From contig NC_043009.1 of NCBI RefSeq assembly GCF_006345805.1, positions 59,830,001 through 59,894,000 on the forward strand: DNA of 64,000 nt, given 5' to 3'. Positions 59,460-64,000 of the stretch are shown one piece after another. Origin of the DNA: Octopus sinensis. Lineage: Eukaryota. The number at the start of each line of letters is the position of its first letter. Position 1 is the first letter of the stretch. The notes beneath the pieces are model-generated. The model did no database searches. It was not told the DNA's origin and was given only the letters and a program-made list of their open reading frames with translations. Made by a program: the position numbers and the translations under genes.

Positions 59460-59810
59460 GTCTTTAGTCACCCATCATATACATCTTCTCTTCCCCATAC
59501 ATTGCATCCTTTCACAGATTCCTTCTGCTTCTTAGCAATCTCACGACACTATGCTTTCGGCGTAACCAACAGCGACAGTGAATCCCTTCTTTTCGCTAGA
59601 CATTGCTTGGAGGGTAACTAAAAAATGCCACTTAATCTGTTCTGACCCTTTCATCAGTTCTCTTTTGTTCCATTTGTTGGTTCAGAAACCACTTAGTTTC
59701 CATTCCTCCTGCCACCACCCTCACTGTTCCACCCCACGCTCCCCATTTCCCATCATGAATAGGACCTCATGTCCAGTGCATTTCTGTATACTTCATGCTT
59801 TAGCTTTTTA
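59460..59810 (-). mobile_element. Possible highly decayed LINE APE-endonuclease remnant
   Basis: Minus-strand fragments FTVAVGYAES and MMGD resemble the APE motifs V..YAP and GDFN; many stops. Confidence 0.25.
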
Positions 59811-59835
59811 AAACTGTGTGTATATATATATATAT

Positions 59836-59887
<52 letters not shown>

Positions 59888-60128
59888 TAAATGCACCCTT
59901 TTAAAACCTAGCCAGGCTCATGGGCCTGGTTTACTGGTTTCGATGGCGTATGTGTTTTGCAGCTGGATGGGATGCCAGTCCATCACATCATTACTCATTT
60001 TTGCCAGCTGAGTGGAATGGAGCAACGTGAAATGAAGTGTTTTGCTCAAGAACACAACGCGTCGCTTGGTCCAGGAATCGAAACCACAATCTTAGGATCA
60101 TGATGCCGACACCCTAACCACTAAGCCA

Positions 60129-60176
<48 letters not shown>

Positions 60177-60179
<3 letters not shown>

Positions 60180-60560
60180 TCATCATCATCATCATCACTC
60201 AACGTCTGTTGACCATGGGTTGGGCGATTTGACCAGGGCTGGTTAGCTGAAGAGCTGCACCAGACTCCAGTCTGATTTGGCATGGTTTCTACAGCTGGAT
60301 GCCCTCTTAACACCTACCACTCCAAGAGGGTAACGGGTACTTTTACATGCTGCCTGCACAGGTACCAGTTGTGTGACACCATCTGCCATGCCTACAATTT
60401 CACTTGACTTGATGGGGCTTCTTTTCAAGCATGTTATATTGCCAAATGTCTTGGTCATTTGTGATTGCCTCCATGAGGCCCAGCACTTGAAAGGTGCTTT
60501 GGTACCAGTTACACAACACCAGCATCGACCACATTGCTTCATATAGATATATATATACAT
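60177..60560 (-). mobile_element. Diverged RTE 3' UTR/tail
   Basis: (cat)n...gtttctacagctggatgccc... Confidence 0.65.
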
Positions 60561-60565
60561 ATGCA

Positions 60566-60608
<43 letters not shown>

Positions 60609-60833
60609 ATATGTATATATTGGTTTGATAGTACAAATAGGACAGATAAAACTCAAAATGTGTGTGTGTGTGGGTATGCACGCATGTGTCTGCATATAGA
60701 TTATCAATTACATGTGGTGGTATCAGCAATGGTTGCATATATATCAGCAATACATGCATATGTATATATGCAGGTATGTTTGTATTTATGTAAATATATA
60801 TATATATATAGAGAGAGAGAGAGCACAGAATTT

Positions 60834-60879
60834 TGTCAGTGAACAGGTCGCGGTCTAAAGCGACGAAAATATTTTGACA
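60834..60879 (+). ncRNA. Hammerhead-like fold with variant core GUGAACA (G3/C8)
   Basis: TGTCA-GTGAACA-G-GTCGC ggtctaaa GCGAC-GAAA-ATATT-T-TGACA: 5-bp stem I, 5-bp stem II and palindromic AATATT stem III. Confidence 0.45.
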
Positions 60880-61489
60880 GATTAAATTTAAATGTTGAAG
60901 TGAATCTAATGGTTTTTGTGTGTTTCTTAAATGGCTTATAAACACTTTCACGCTGCAATTGTTTATATTTATATGTTCATACATAGATACTTACATAGAT
61001 ATATTTTCTTACATTAAAAACAATCTTCAAAATTAGATTTTTACAAGTAAATGAAAAGTTCATCTTGCACATATTCAAGAAATTGTATCTATAAGCTGAG
61101 CAATGAAAATACACAAGACATTTGAAAATTTAGCAGGTGATTTATACAGATGTTGACCTCCGAATTTCATTGAGGGCACTTTCTTTCATAGTTAGGAACC
61201 ATCTCCTTCATTATACATAAGTCCTTCACTTCCTATGATGTAAAAGCCCATCAACAACCCTGTCTTTGACTCTGGGCTGTCTTTTCCTCTCCAGGTCTTG
61301 TTGGTTTAGAATTGTTATCAATGCTTTTCTTTCTTGATGTTGGCCATATACAAACTGTTTTGACCTCTGGGAAGAGACAGTCCATCTTAGTCTGGTCTCT
61401 ATCCTTTTACCTATCCAATATGGGAGGCCCTGCTAGGAGCTTATACACTACTAGCATAGCTCTCAGGATCATTGAGGTACAGAAGCCAC

Positions 61490-61795
61490 CACGTCACCAC
61501 AAAACACTTAAAGCTCCATGAGGCTCTGGCAGGGAGGATGGGGGGGCTCATGGTAAATCCTGCTGTACACTTTCACCACAACTTTCTCTCTTTCTTCCTG
61601 TTTCTGTTGTACTTGCATTTCAAGAGGGCCAGCCTTGTCGCACTCTGCATCACGCTGAATCTCCTTGAGAACCATGTTAAGGGGACACGTGTCTGTGGAG
61701 TGCTCAGCCACTTGCATGTTAATTTCACAAGCAGGCTGTTCTGTTGATCGGATCAACTGGAACCCTCGTCATCGTAACCGACGGAATGCCACGTC
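61490..61795 (+). mobile_element. SINE body (fifth family); inverted copy with tRNA head at 62892-63197
   Basis: The two copies share ggccagccttgtc.cactctg..tcacgctgaatctccttgagaacca.gt.aaggg.acacgtgtctgtggagtgct.agccacttgcatg in opposite orientation. Confidence 0.7.
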
Positions 61796-61966
61796 TACAC
61801 TTGTATGATTAATAAAACAATGTAAGAAATAATTTTTAATATATTTTTTCCCCTCAATATTTAGTGTTAATTCCATGCAAAAGTGTACCAGGAATTTTTC
61901 GTTGGATCTCAAGTGCACTACAGATTAAGAGGCATTGGAGTACGTATGTTAAAACAATTGTTCTTA

Positions 61967-62348
61967 TAGGCGCAGAAGTGGCTGTGTGGTAAGTAGCTTG
62001 CTAACCAACCACATGGTTCTGGGTTCAGTCCCACTGCGTGGCATCTTGGGCAAGTGTCTTCTGCTATAGCTCCGGGCCGACCAATGCCTTGTGAGTGGAT
62101 TTGGTAGACGGAAACTGAAAGAAGCCTGTCGTATATATATATAAGTGTGTGTCTGTGTTTGTCCCCCTAGCATTGCTTGACAACCGATGCTGGTGTGTTT
62201 ACGTCCCCGTCACTTAGCAGTTCGGCAAAAGAGACTGATAGAATAAGTACTGGGCTTACAAAGAATAAGTCCCGGGGTCGATTTGCTCGACTAAAGGTGG
62301 TGCTCCAGCATGGCCGCAGTCAAATGACTGAAACAAGTAAAAGAGTAT
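61967..62348 (+). mobile_element. CORE-type SINE (full length)
   Basis: Same family as 2702-3101. Confidence 0.8.
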
Positions 62349-63418
62349 AGCTCCTGCCTTCACACACCATGAGTGGGGTGGTTCTATGGTTGGCGCAAGC
62401 AATTGTTGTTGTTGCTTTGCATAAAGTCAACCCTGACTGAGCGGGTCTATGATCAAAGACACTTCAGCTATGCTCCACCAACTACCTTTTAGGGGTAATG
62501 TCTAGGATCACATTTATCAATATGTCCTTCCCTTTTATAAGACAGTAGAGTATGACTTGAGGGAGATTTTGCTGCTGTGTATATCTAATAGTTTGAATGA
62601 CCACATAGAAGCTCCTTCATTGGAGAAACTGTTTGTAAAGCTGGAGGGACCTCCTTCACTGTTAACCCTCTCAACTCTGAAAGAGAATTAATTGAACAAA
62701 ATGCCCCCAAAAGCTGAAGTTAGATTTATATTGTTGTTTTATGTGTAGTGGAGAATAATTCTTGCTTATGAAGACTATGATAAAAGTAATGTGAAACTAA
62801 GGCTGGGAATTGTAAGTGTAATAGTAAAAGCTGGAAATTCTGTCGTCTTTATTTTGACAAATTCTCTGTGTGGAGATGAAGTTTTCTGTTCAAACATGCA
62901 AGTGGCTCAGCACTCCACAGACACGTGTACCCTTGACGTGGTTCTCAAGGAGATTCAGCGTGACACAGAGTGTGACAAGGCTGGCCCTTTGAAATTCAGG
63001 TACAACAGAAACAGGAAGACAGAGAGAAAGTTGTGGTGAAAGAGTACAGCAGGATTTAACCCCCTCCCCCATCCCCTGCCAGAGCTTCATGGAACTTTAG
63101 GTGTTTTCGCTCAATAAACACTCACAACGCCCAGTCTGGGTATCGAAACCGTGATTCTACGGCCGCGAGTCCACTGCCCTAAACACTGGGCCATTCCACA
63201 CAAGTGTAGAACAATGTTATGAATAAAGTTTCCAAGGTAATGCATACCTTAGTGTAGATTCATTTAATACTTAACCCTTGCAGACAGATTTAGAACTCAC
63301 AGTCTTTGTGGTGTTCTGGTACATAATTTTTCACACAAGGAATTTTACAGTGAAGTAACAGATCCTCCTTAGTGTGGTATATTTGAAAATACGGTGCCAT
63401 ACAGAGTGAGACATCGCG

Positions 63419-63460
<42 letters not shown>

Positions 63461-63745
63461 GTTTCAATGTCAGTACCACTTCATGTCTGCAAGGCGTTAA
63501 ATTACATTTCTAAAAATCCTCAGTGCATCTAGATCAGCAGTTCTCATCCAGGCCCTCATGTTGCTCTCATGTATCATTCCAATGGTGATCTTTCTACAAA
63601 TATAATAAATGTTTCATTAATTCACCTGTATTTCATTTTCTTTGTGTGACCCCCTAAAAACGATCCAGGTTTTGGATTTGGTCCAGATATTAGAATGGTT
63701 GAGGGCTACAGATCCAGATATTCTTATCAACACAATATTTGAGAA

Positions 63746-63758
<13 letters not shown>

Positions 63759-63778
<20 letters not shown>

Positions 63779-64000
63779 CGCAAAATGTCTGTCTGTCTGT
63801 GTGTGTATCTTTTATACAAATCCACAATTTTTCAGTTAGAGGGCTCGCACTTTCTATGGTCATTCAAAACTGTCCAAGGGTGGTCGTGCACATCTTTACA
63901 TTTCCCCAGTCACCCCACAAAGCCATTAAAAAATCAATAGAAGTGACTTTTTTGTGAATTTTCTATCCAAAACCCAATCAAAATGCCCGAAACTTGATAC
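63759..64000 (+). mobile_element. Probable Helitron 5' end, running off the window
   Basis: tc-tatatata...aaaatgtctgtctgtctg resembles the 5' ends of the two Helitrons above. Confidence 0.45.

Overview
Eukaryotic, AT-rich, repeat-dense genomic DNA. The repeat families suggest a coleoid cephalopod, probably Octopus (inference). The only supportable protein-coding gene is a + strand NIPA-family Mg2+ transporter (NIPA2/spichthyin-like). It has five coding exons (30418-30580, 32278-32334, 35694-35784, 39528-39688, 41534-42150) that splice in frame through GT-AG sites to 362 aa, plus an open 45-codon upstream extension. The rest is mobile DNA: RTE LINE 3' ends with (GAT)n tails and internal tandem repeats (one expanded into a ~2.15 kb 26-bp minisatellite), several tRNA-derived SINE families, CR1-type and Penelope-like fragments, two dead mariner transposases, Tc1/pogo, piggyBac-like and hAT-like MITEs, Helitrons and microsatellites. 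The most unusual signals are: (1) several families of minimal hammerhead-ribozyme folds, one with an intact core and one with an apparent C3-G8 to G3-C8 swap; (2) a series of 110-235 bp fold-back palindromes, one of which turns around exactly at the predicted ribozyme cleavage site; (3) a dense cluster of TGGTCA/TGACCA half-sites just after the NIPA stop codon. Almost all other ORFs in the track are repeat or microsatellite artefacts. Repeat boundaries are read by eye and approximate (about +/-20 bp).
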